Assembly (NCBI GenBank): GCA_964016885.1
Contig: OZ024742.1
Span: 265,236,001-265,300,000, forward strand
Source of the DNA: Eledone cirrhosa
Lineage: Eukaryota
Direction: 5' to 3'
DNA: 64,000 bases
In this document: piece after piece, positions 14,074 to 26,150 of the stretch
How the letters are laid out: every line of letters begins with the position of its first letter
How positions within the stretch are numbered: the stretch's first letter is position 1
Position numbers and translations under genes: made by a program
Notes under the pieces: generated by a model
Seen by the model: the letters and a program-made list of their open reading frames with translations, nothing else
Database searches by the model: none
What the model was told of the DNA's origin: nothing

Positions 14074-14767
14074 TATGTATTGATTAATCCTAAAATTAGC
14101 TTATTTCTATCGTAATTTCTCTAAACTGGTTTGAGGTGTCTAAAATGGATTCTCCTCGAGCTCTTTCTTAGCAATCCTTAAGGCATGTCCTGTTTTATCT
14201 ACCCTTCCGTAAAATGTAATTATTACACCACGTGGAGATTATTTTAAAAAATTTCTTCCAAAGATAGATGACTAATATTTTAATGCACCGTGAGATATAT
14301 ATGTTTACCTAAATCAATAATTGGTAATCGATACTAATTACTGTGATCGAAGGTTAGCATTCCGTTTTGTAATTTCCAGAAACAGATCTATCTATAAAAG
14401 TATAGTACACTTTAACACCTAGGAGTATGTATTTAAATTTGTATTTAAATTTACATATTATTTGTTCTATATATATGTACAAAATACTAGTTTGCTTCTC
14501 AATTGATATATCGCTCTTGAGAAATAAAAAAAAAAAAAGCAAATATTATAGAATATAAATTCATGCTACATTTTTGCTTGATTTTATTTCCTCTTCTTTC
14601 GAAATCTGCTACGTTTTTCAGTTTAGAAAATAAAAATAAAATAAGCAATGGTGAATGAATATACTAAACATTCTACCACCTTTATTTCTTGATTGTCACC
14701 TAAGACACTATCTTTATATATCTACTTTTATTTCATGGAGATGTAAAACAATACGTAAAATATATAA

Positions 14768-15060
14768 TAATTGTTTCTACATTTGGTACAAGGCCAGCAA
14801 TTACCCCAGTGTATTACTGGTGCTTTATTGCATCAATCCTGTAAGGATGAAAGGCAAAGTCAACCCCCGTCGGGATTTGAACTCAGACCGTAAAATATGT
14901 AATAATGGTTTTTTTCTATAGACACAAGGCCAGCAATTTTTGGGGAGGGGAACGTCGATTAAATTGACCCCAGTGCATTACTGGTGCTTTATTTTATCGA
15001 CCCCGTAAGGATGAAAAGCAAAGTTAACCCCGGCGGGATTTGAACTCAGACCGTAAAATA
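14768..15060 (-). mobile_element. Two tandem SINE copies (5' heads truncated)
   Basis: Two successive copies of ...gtaaggatgaaa.gcaaagt.aacccc.cgggatttgaactcagaccgtaaa. Confidence 0.85.
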
Positions 15061-15468
15061 TATAATAATGAAAAGTAAAGTGAAGAACGGTAAATAAGTT
15101 AATAGATACCAATTAATATAATTTTAAGCAGCGTCTGCTTCTACGAGTACTATGTTAATTTACATAACATTTCTAGTATAGAAATGATGATGATGATATG
15201 ATCTCTATCTTCCTCGATGTATTGAATGATAAATGATTTCTTTTTAGTTTCTGCTAACATGTTGCCTTTCTCTTAGACCTTTAGATATGGTAAATCAAAG
15301 AGGAAAAAATATAAATAATTGTAGTGAGAGGAAAAGTTAGAAGTTCTAACAAAGCAGACGAGTGGCTCATTAATATGAAACCTATCCGATACAAAATTAT
15401 CCAGTTCATTTATTATTTTGCACAACAATACTATATGTGGATACAAACAATAAGAAATATGTAATATT

Positions 15469-15653
15469 TGTTTCTACTTTAGGCACAAGGTCAGCAATTA
15501 CCCAGTGTATTACTGGTACTTTATTTTATCGACCCCGTAAGGATGAAAGGCAAAGTAAACCTCGGCGGGATTTGAACTCAGACCGTAAAGGGGCGTAACT
15601 ATGCTGGAAAGCATGGCGTCCGACCCACTACCAATACTGCCAATCCACCGCCC
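15469..15653 (-). mobile_element. Full-length tRNA-head SINE with 19-bp TSD
   Basis: TSD ataagaaatatgtaatatt at 15450-15468 and 15654-15672; A-box tggcagtattgg and B-box gagttcaaatcc on the minus strand. Confidence 0.93.
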
Positions 15654-16499
15654 ATAAGAAATATGTAATATTAGAGACTAAATTAGAAGTATAACAGCGA
15701 TTCTATAGTAGACTGGGATCTGCAGATATTAAATGAGCTTTTGGTCTGTAACCAGAGACTGTTCGAACAATGTAGAGTAATGCTGAAAAAGTAAAGCTTG
15801 TACACAAAGTTCCTTCTTCTTCTTCTTCTTCTTCTTCTTCTTCTTCCACTGGACAATATGAGTGACGGTGTAGAATCATTACGAATTTTAGCAAATAAAA
15901 TTTGAGGCTTTTATGTTTTTAGATAAATTATTGCTCATTTTCACCAAGAAATATCCCAAAGAGGGAGAACTTCGGAAGCCAACAAGTTAATAATTGTTTC
16001 TACGTTAGGCACAAGGCCAGCAATTACCCAGTGCATTACTGAAGTGCTACAAGGAATTATACAAACAGAAGAAAAATGAACGAAAAAAAGGCTTGGAAAA
16101 ACTATGAATATTAAATGGACATATATTAAAGTAATTATCCTTTTGGTGTTAAAAGCTTCCTTAAAGTTATTATAATACACGTATATTTCAATGTTTAAAT
16201 ATCTTGAATTTTTGTTTCGACGTTTGGTGACTACGGGTATGGCATTGAAACGTAACTCTTGTTTATATCATTGAACAGAGGATTAATTGTCTGGTTGTTT
16301 GGTTGGCTTGTCGATGAGCCGACAGGCTGGCTGACTCTCTAGCTAGTTGGCTAACTGAATGGCTGTATTGCTGGCTGGCTAGAGGGGTGGTAAGGTGGGG
16401 GCGAACATACATCGAATTGTTGGCGAACATACAACAATCGACGGTGGAGGCGTAGATGAGAAGAGGATGGTAGAGGGAGGGAAAGAATTTGTGTGAGTT

Positions 16500-16570
<71 letters not shown>

Positions 16571-16963
16571 CTGAAGAAATAGATAAAGACTGACTAACTG
16601 ATTCACTGAACGTATGATTGAATGGATATGTGAATGAATGAATGAATAAGAATAGCAAAGAATGAAAAACTGTGTGAATGAATTAGTGAATAAGCAGAAC
16701 AGAGGTTGAAGAAATGAAAGATTGTGAAGAATATACTACAACTTGTGAATGTAGATGAAATATCAGAAGAAACAATTCTAATCTTCTTATATTCCTTGAT
16801 TCTGTATTATTTCATTGGTTGATCCATTCACATTTCCTTTAAGTTTTCCTTCGTGAGATTGAATTTAGTAGAAGAATTTTGAAAGATATGTGAACTGAAG
16901 GTATAGATAATGCGTGGAGTTCCGTCCGAAAATAACAACAAATACCCCGGAGAAAACAATAGA

Positions 16964-17007
<44 letters not shown>

Positions 17008-17219
17008 TTCCGTGTTATCTTATTTAAACCGTGCTGATGATCCGTTTGAGGTAAGCAAACTGTTCTCAGAAATGGTGTATTAACTGTTGTGGAACTACTT
17101 CTACCGAACTCGTCCCATGGACTGAGTGCTCTACTACTACAGATATAACCAACCAGTGTTTTACCATTGTATATATATATATAAGCGATGCCGTTTCGTT
17201 TACATGTTTTTATTGATTA

Positions 17220-18884
17220 CACGGGTCAACAACTTTTGAAAAGTTGTGTGCTTCTTGAATGAGATTATTCAATTCTTATGTATTTTCATGTACTGAATCC
17301 AAATATCACATTGATAAATGCTCATTAGCTACAGGCTTAAGGATACACGACTTGTAATATTTGATTATTTGATTATAAACTACTCTATGTGTCATATGGT
17401 TTAAGCTCTAGTCCGTATCTACTCTGCCTTTTTGATTGACACTTATAGTGGACTGAACAATCATCTCTTGCCAATGTCCAGCAATAGTCTACAAGCATTG
17501 TTGTGCTCCATTTGCCCTGGTACCAATTTTCCATGGTTGAAATATCTTAGTGAAACCTATCATCATGTTCTACACTAACTACCCCACAATTCGCTGGAAA
17601 AGTCCAAATGGATTTTAAGTGACGTGTTGCATCCCATATTCCTGTAAGCCTTGATGAGGTTCTCCACCAATTCTTCATAATTTCCTTCCATTCAGTTTCC
17701 TAGAAATCCCTTCGCCACTAACTTGAATGCTTCCCAAGCAACTTTCTTCTAGTCATGAAGGGCTGATTTAAAGTCACCATATTTAAGAAACTCTTGAATC
17801 TGAGGACCAATGAAGACTCCCTCTTTTATCTCAACATCGCTCAGTGAGGGGACCTTTGATGTTAAATACTTCAATACCTGACTGGATTTGTCCATAGCTT
17901 TTATGAAGTTATTCATGAGCCGCAGTTTTATGTGAAGTGAGGGTAGCAACATTTTGATTGGTTCAGTGAGAGGTAGCTGTTGAACATTTATCATTCCAGG
18001 CTCCAATGATTGATGTGGTGTCCAGTCTCTCCTGATATAGTGGGAACCTCTTCAACGACTTTCTCATTCACACAGAAAGCAGCAGCACTTGGTGTATCCG
18101 CGCTGCAGTCCATCACAAGAGCAACAAGCTTTAAGTCACCACAGAGCTGCCACTGATGTCCACCATATGTTATGCATTGCAACGTATGCTTTATATTCTC
18201 ATAAGTTTCTTTCATATGTGATACATAGCCCACACCAACTCCAGTGACTGGATCCGTATCCAATACCAACGGCTTCCATCAGACCATTAATATTGTTGCA
18301 GGCCAATAAATCCCCTTCCATTATGAAGAAATTGCTGAACTGTTGCTGACGGTCATGAAATTTCGAAATCTTCACATCAGATGCTAGGAGATTCCACTGT
18401 TGAAGACGAGAGCCTAGCAGCTCTGCCTTATTCTTAGGTAGTTGTAGATCTCTGACACGGTCGTAGAGTTCCCTTCGTGTTATGAGATGTGTCTAGAAGA
18501 GTGTGCTTCATCAAAAATATATCATTCAGTAGGAAAATAAAATCAATATAAAATGCTTTACATGCATATCAATAGCTTACTCAATAAATATTTATTATAA
18601 AAAGTGTTTGACTAGGAAAATCACATACCTTTCACTCCAATATATAAACTTGCACAGCACAACCACCTCCTATGACTGCTGGGACAATACTGAAGGGCTG
18701 TGGGACTGTGAGTGTGGTAAGAAACACACTGCCACAAGCCTGTTGGAGCCTGCTGTGACACATATGTCAATATTGAAAAGTAGAGCTAACAAACAGTTTT
18801 AACCATGATATTCATTATCAGCGATCTAAAATTAGTTTGAGATTGCTACTCTGGTCTGAGAAGAATTTTGGTTGTTGACCAGTT
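17220..18884 (-). mobile_element. Chapaev3-like (CMC) DNA transposon, degraded transposase
   Basis: TIRs cacgggtcaacaac / gttgttgaccagtt (12/14); TTA TSD at 17217-17219 and 18885-18887; transposase motifs LCGDLKLVA, LLPSLHIKL.LM.NFIKAMDK and IKEGVFIGPQI. Family assignment is from recall. Confidence 0.8.
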
Positions 18885-19028
18885 TTATCGACATGTTATG
18901 TACGTTTCACAGACGATTGGCTCAAGGTCACCTATGGAAGCTATGGACCTGATTTCAGGATCGATCTGCTCATCAGACTTGATGATTCAGTGAAACAAAA
19001 CAGAGAACACACACACACACATATATGA

Positions 19029-19083
<55 letters not shown>

Positions 19084-19989
19084 TGTGTGTGTAAAAGTGT
19101 GTGTAAAAGTGTGCGTGTGGATGTGGAAGAGAGATGATATCACATATTCAACATCATTTTTTGCCAGTACATCATTCCGTTATGCACATTTCGAAGGTAC
19201 AGCTAGGTCGTTATTCAACGATTATTCAATAGGTTTTCGTCTGATATGAAGTTCGAATGTGAATAAAAATAAAGTTTGCCTTTTTGTTATATGCTGCCGT
19301 AGAAGGCGTATTTACATCTCGGCGTTCGGCAAGCATATGTCCGTACCAATTCTAGTAGTCGTAAGTCAGTGGACATGAGGGAGGGAGTTATAATGGTGGT
19401 ATCAGTAGTTGGTGTATGTATATACCTGATGATTCATTGCCTAGTTGTTGATGTGTTGAACTTACTTTCATAATTTCGTGACTTCAATTCCCAAACAAGG
19501 TGGTGCGTTGTTTTCTTTAGCATAATACTTCATTTCCCGTTACCCCAGTCTGTATAGCAATGGATATGAATGAATCTATGGATAATTGGATTAATGAACT
19601 AAATATAAATGAATGAGTGGCTGAATGAATTCAGTTGCGAATGACGGAGCACGAGGATTTAAATAATTGAATTCACAAGTGGAAGATCGATTAAATGAAA
19701 ATTAAATGAAGGAATATAAAACTGTAAATGATCGTCTCAATAAAGTAATAAAACAAATAAATGAATCTCGTGTATACGAAGCCGATCTCTCGGACTTTTA
19801 CGAAGCGCTCAGGAGATAAATTAATGTAGTGGATGCTATGAAATAGCTCATGAAATAGGGTGAAGACTTTTTAAGGTGGAAAATAAAGTTGGCATAGGCG
19901 GCTATGAGAAATCGAACCCCATATCTCCCAGATATATAAGCTATTTTGTTGCATACCCGTACATGAACACACCATGAAATAAATAGATA

Positions 19990-20340
19990 ATTTTTTTTTT
20001 ATTAGAGATTTTTATTACAAACAGAACAAATATTGCTTCAAGGAATATAGCCCGATGTACTGGAGGGGGTGGGGGAGGGGGGGAGGGGGGGGGGGTGAAA
20101 AGTAGAAAACGAAAGAAGGATCAAGCAACGAGATAAAGGGAAAGGGGGCAGGACAGTCACTACACCCCAGTCTGAACGGCGGCACAGCCGCGCCCCGCAG
20201 TGAAAACAGTAAAAGCGTTACTACGGTGAAAGGCCAGAGGCACCCACTGCAAGGGGGGGTGGGGGCACCCTCTTTAAGACTTTGCCGAGGAAATCAGCAT
20301 TGCGGGGATTAGAGACGCCAGTGGTACGGCGGAGACCGGG
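19990..20340 (-). mobile_element. Probable LINE 3' tail (poly-A)
   Basis: Minus strand ends aataaaaatctctaataaaaaaaaa after a GC-rich, C-tract-containing segment. Confidence 0.45.
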
Positions 20341-20519
20341 GCAATGAAATACGGATTGTAAGCAAGAATGAAGGAATTGAGTAATGGAAGAATTAAGGAT
20401 GAATGAGTATCCGAATGAATGAATGAAGAGAGGAAGGAATGAAGGAAGGAAGGAATATATGAATGAATACTGAATGAATGAAATACTGAACAAAAATTGG
20501 CAGCGTTGTACTTGTTATG

Positions 20520-20588
<69 letters not shown>

Positions 20589-20589
20589 A

Positions 20590-20640
<51 letters not shown>
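20520..20640. repeat. (TAG)n microsatellite, followed by (GATA)n at about 20690-20972
   Basis: Direct reading. Confidence 0.95.
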
Positions 20641-20704
20641 CATTCAGTGTTAAATAGATAAATAGATGTAGAAGAGAATGGGCATTGCTAGATATATAGA
20701 TAGG

Positions 20705-20742
<38 letters not shown>

Positions 20743-20864
20743 TATAGGTGGGTTGGTAGGAAGGTAGTCAGATAGATTGATAGATAGCAAAATCAAATAG
20801 GCACAATGACAGATAGATAGTTAGATAGACAGATATATAGATATATTTCTTTATTTAGATAGAC

Positions 20865-20932
<68 letters not shown>

Positions 20933-21173
20933 GGATAGATAGATATATAGATAGATAGATAGATGGATAGATAGGTAGGAATATTGGTAAGGTGGTAGAT
21001 GTGTAGGTATGTAGGGAAGAATGAAAACATCAACCGTGGAAGGTGAGGAGGAATGAAAAATACCTGATAAATGGTAGAAATGAATGCGTGGACGCACACA
21101 CAAACACACAAACATACGTACATACACACATACATACAGAGACATAGATTCACACACACACACACACACACAC

Positions 21174-21278
<105 letters not shown>

Positions 21279-21551
21279 GGAAGAGAGAGATGGATAGAGA
21301 AATAAAGTGTAGAAAGAGAGAGAGAGAGATAAAAGGAAAGGAAGATATGAATGTAAAACAAGTGGAAAGGTGAGGGGAAGGGGAGAATATAAGAGTGAGT
21401 GTCGGGATAAAATACATAGAATGAATACACGAAAGCAAAGTAGGTGTGGGGGGGAGGGGGGAGGAAGAAAAAGAAATACTATTACACACATACACATACA
21501 TAGTATATAGATACATACATAAACAGATGTGTATGTTTGTATTCGTAAGTA

Positions 21552-21612
<61 letters not shown>

Positions 21613-21671
21613 GTGTGTGTGTGTATGTGAGAGGGAGAGAGAGAGAAAGAATACATTTACATACACACAAA

Positions 21672-21739
<68 letters not shown>

Positions 21740-21929
21740 CATATCTACATATATATATACATATACATATATATATATATATACATATACATATCTACAT
21801 ATATATAAGTATATATATAAGTATATATAAGTATATATAAGTATATATAAGTATATATATATTTATATATACTTATTTATTTTTCATGTTTGTATATTGT
21901 TGTGTAAGAATATTAACAAGTGTATGTGC

Positions 21930-22006
<77 letters not shown>

Positions 22007-22573
22007 GAGAGAGGGGGAGAGAGAGCGAGCGAGAGAGAGAGAGTCTCCTTTACACACATAGACTTGTAGAAGAGAAAGAGAGGGTGAGAAAGAAAGGGTG
22101 AAAATGCAGAAACAACTATACACACATACACACACGTATTTACACTTCTTTTGTGCCCTGTGGCTAATAAAGAAACATATCTATATATCCATCTATCTAT
22201 CTTTCTACCTATCTTTCTATCTATCTATCAATCTATCTATCTATCAATATATCAATATATCTATATATCTCTATATATATATCTATATATCTATCAATAT
22301 ATATACAGAAAACATCGTAAACCATACACACATATACACGCACACAGAACAAATAAAAAAGGGGAAAAAAGCTTATACAAACATGAGCATACGCTCACAG
22401 ATCACAGATTATAACACATAATCAACTATCTATCTATCTATCTATCTAGCTGCCCATGTGTATATGTGGGTGGGGGTGAGGGGTGAGAGAGAAAGAGATG
22501 GTGTATAGATTGATAAATGTGTATACATACATCATATAGTCATTTGTGAGTGAATACATACATGCCCCTCCCA

Positions 22574-22614
<41 letters not shown>

Positions 22615-22757
22615 AACTTTTTTGGAGTCATATAGTCAATGCACACTGATTATACAAGTGTACCCACATATACACAGAGAATTATAAATAAATAAATATG
22701 TGCATATACCTACATACCTACACACACACTCACACACACTCGCACGCACATTCTCAC

Positions 22758-22841
<84 letters not shown>

Positions 22842-23971
22842 ATATAAATATACACAGACACATACATATATTTATATATGCATACATACTCATCCCTCCC
22901 ACATCCTTACTCTTCCTTTCCTTTTTTTCTTTTTCACTCTGGAGCCGTCCATTTTTTCTGGTTGAGAAGATGATAAATTCATTGGTTAAGTTCTGTGAAC
23001 TTGCTTCTGCTTTCCTATCTGTGCTTCTGTTGACGAGAAATTCGCCTCAGTCAGTGAAGGCCAGTCGCCCGCCACCGCTAACGCGTACAACACGACTTTA
23101 TAACTTTGACGGTAGGTGACACTTCTACTTATTTTCTTTTTACTCAGCTCACAACTTAGCTACTTTCTACTGTACTATCAGTAGTATTTGTAATGTGTGA
23201 TTGTGCGTGTAAAGTATCTGTGTGTTTATAATATTTATAGTGTTTGTAGTGTGTATATGTGTGTGTTTATAGTGTCGTGTAGTATGTATGTGTTTGTTTG
23301 TAGTATGTGCGTGTTTGTTGTGTGCGTGTATTTGTAATGTTTGTGTGTATATGTGACAAGTATGTGATATTTATAGTGTCCGTAGTGTGTGTCTATGTTT
23401 GTAGTGTTTGTTTGTAATGTTTTTGCTGTTTATTAACTGTGTTGAATCGTGAGCGTGTTGTTTTTTATAGTTTGTGTCTGTGTGTGTTGTGACATGCTGT
23501 GCGCTTCTAATAGTGGGCCAGCGTGTTGTGATGTGTGTATATTATAGTGGCCAACAAGTAGAAACAATTGTAGTACGTCTCTCAGTGTCATGTGTAGTAC
23601 ATTGTTTGTTATCGTATTATGTGTAGTGCATTCTCTACGGTTTGTTGTGGTATGTTGTAAAGTAGTTGTGACACAATATATTATGTGATATGTGTGTAGT
23701 ACTATGTCATGTGTTAGTATTTTTATGATATGTTCTATGGTGCCCATGTCACAAGATATTGCATAATAGTTGTGTTGTAATTTGTGTTATCTTGTGTGTT
23801 ATATAATATTGTGTGCATCTTTTTTAATATCACCTATAGCATATTGTGCAATGCTTGGATTCTAGGTCATTGTGTAGTCGTGTGTTGTGTTCGGTTGTTG
23901 TGAGGCAGTAGTGTTGTGTAATATTACATTGTAATTGTGAGTTAGCAGAGTTGTATAACATTATGTTACTG

Positions 23972-24110
23972 TTGTGGTAGCAAAGTTGTGTAACATTATG
24001 TGATGGTTGTGTGGTAGCAAAGTTGTGTAACATTATGCGATGGTTGTGTGGTAGCAAAGTTGTGTAACATTATGTGATGGTTGTGTGGTAGCAAAGTTGT
24101 ATAATATTAT
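23972..24110. repeat. 37-bp minisatellite, about 4 units, inside a TG-rich low-complexity tract
   Basis: ggtagcaaagttg recurs at 23976, 24013, 24050 and 24087. Confidence 0.92.
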
Positions 24111-24709
24111 AAGGATGTTGTGTGCTAACAGAGTGGTGTGTTGTGATTGACAGTCCAATGGTGTATTTTTGTTTTTCTTTCAGTTGTTTTCCCGTTGCAT
24201 GATTGCTTGAGAAGTATTTATTACATAGTTCCTATTATGTGCTAATGATATTAGTTGAGTTGTGTTGTGATATATTTGTTGTGTGGCAGCAGTTCTGTAT
24301 ATATAATGGTATTAATTGTTGTGTAGCTATATTCTTAGATGTATTGATTATATGCTGGTATTTGTTTTCGTGTTGTGACATTTTTGTTGTATTGTGACAG
24401 TTGTATATAATGGTTTATAATGCAGCCCTTCGGTTGGACTGTACCTGTACTTCAAAGGGCTAGCCTTGTCACACACCAGGCCATGCTGAACGAACACCCT
24501 TGACAATTACGTTAAAAGTGCACGTGTCTTTGTAATGCTCAACCATTTACGCGTTTACTTCATGAACTCGCTGTCCCGTTGATCGAAGAACTAGAAGAGC
24601 CATCGTCAAAAGCAACGGAGATCCATTCCATAGTGGTTTTAGTTGTGGGGCATGTGTTGTATGGTGGTAGTTATGTACTATAAAGAGGTGTTAGTTACTG
24701 TGTTGAGAA

Positions 24710-24945
24710 GACACGTGGCTTAGTGGTTAGGTTGTTCCACTCACGATCTTAAGGCCGTGAGTTCGATGACCGGCAGTGCATTGTGCCCTTGAGCAAGACA
24801 CGTTATTTCTCGTTGTTGCAGTCCTCTCAGTTGGTGAAAATGAGTTGCATCTGTAATTTAAAAGGCCAGCCTTGTCACACACTGTGTCACGCTGAATCTC
24901 CGTGTGTAGTACGTTATGGCTACACGTGTGTGTGGAAGGTTCAGT
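24710..24945 (+). mobile_element. Second SINE family, tRNA head plus CORE-like domain
   Basis: A-box tggcttagtgg, B-box gagttcgatgacc, then tgtgcccttgagcaagacac; the 3' part of the family also occurs at 24420-24620. Confidence 0.7.
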
Positions 24946-25200
24946 CATCAGTGTTTTATTTCATCGAACCCGTAAGGATGAAATGCTCACCTCGGCGGGA
25001 TTTGAACTCAGACCGTAAAGGGCCGTAACCCTATGCTGCAAAGAATGGTATCTGAAGCTCTCCCAATACGTCCAATCCGATGTCATAATAATACTAATAA
25101 TAATAATGATTTTTTTATTGGCCACAAGGGCTGACATCAAGAAAAATATTACAGAAGGCACAGGACGGTTCGATGTGGATTTTGTGTGTGTAAAGATTTT

Positions 25201-25380
25201 TTTCTACTTTTGGTAGAAGGCCAGCAATTACCCAGTGTATTACTGGTACTTTATTTTATCGAACCCGTAAGGATGAAAGGCAAAGCCGAGGTTAACTTTG
25301 CCTTTCATCCTTACGGGTTCGATAAAATAAGGCACCAGTAATATATAGGGTAATTGCTGGCCTTGTGCCAAAAGTAGAAA
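25201..25380. mobile_element. Fold-back (inverted) SINE pair, ~85-bp arms with 10-nt loop
   Basis: tttctac...gaaaggcaaag ccgaggttaa ctttgcctttc...gtagaaa. Confidence 0.9.
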
Positions 25381-25389
25381 CAATTATTT

Positions 25390-26150
25390 ATATAAGAAAA
25401 GAAAGAAAAAGACATAGAAACGTATATATATATAAACAATAAAAATGAAAATTGAAACAATTAAAAAATCCCCAATAGGGGGGGAAACCTCCGATGGTTA
25501 CTCGTGGCGAAAACCACACATAAGACCACGGCCACCCTGACAACCAGGGCAAGCGCCCTCTCTCAATTTTTCCATTTCTCAAACTACAGGCATATATTCA
25601 CAGTGGTCCCGTTCACTCAGACCATTCTCGCTACATTCACCCACCTTTCAACAAACTTGCTAGAAGGCAGCACTTGCCTCTCCACCCTGATTTTCCTCTT
25701 CAAGTGAAACTTGAAAAAGTTAATTAGGGATTCTCCGAAGAGGAAAGTGTCTTTCAACCTTGTCCACCACACAATCTCTTTCGCCATGGCCACCAGGCAG
25801 ATGAAAACCGCCTGCCCTTCCTCCTCGAAGGAAGACGGCGAGACCATCTGCACAATGGACTCAGTCGATAACCGGATCAGTCCTACACGCGACAGCAACT
25901 GTTCGACATAGCTCCACAAGTCAGCAATGCTCGGGCACTGAACGAGTGCGTGCACGACGGTTCCGTCGCTCTGCGCGCATCTCGGACAGGCTCGGCTAAC
26001 GGCACTTCCGTGCCTGTAGAGTTTATCTCGAACCGGCAACGCTCCCCGGTAGCACTGCCAGGCCAGGGATTTTGGGAAGTTATCCATAGGCCCTGGGCTG
26101 AAAGTTCTCCGGAAGAGAGCAAACAGCTGATCTTCTTCGACGCCCAGAAA
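25390..26150 (-). mobile_element. L1/Tx1-like LINE 3' fragment
   Basis: ORF 25617-26087: LAWQCYRGALPVRDKL, CPRC....TVVHALVQC, KEIVW.TR, FVERW; plus 3' UTR. Confidence 0.8.

Noticed and set aside
15570-15653. A/B boxes as a tRNA gene
   Set aside because: It is the SINE head; no cloverleaf.
18890-18997. Minus-strand CTGATGA gcaga...tctgt GAAAC hammerhead-like core
   Set aside because: Stem II is plausible, but no consistent stem I and III pairing exists in either topology; at best a decayed copy.
23972-24110. 37-bp repeats as a CRISPR-like array
   Set aside because: No spacers; ordinary minisatellite in eukaryotic DNA.
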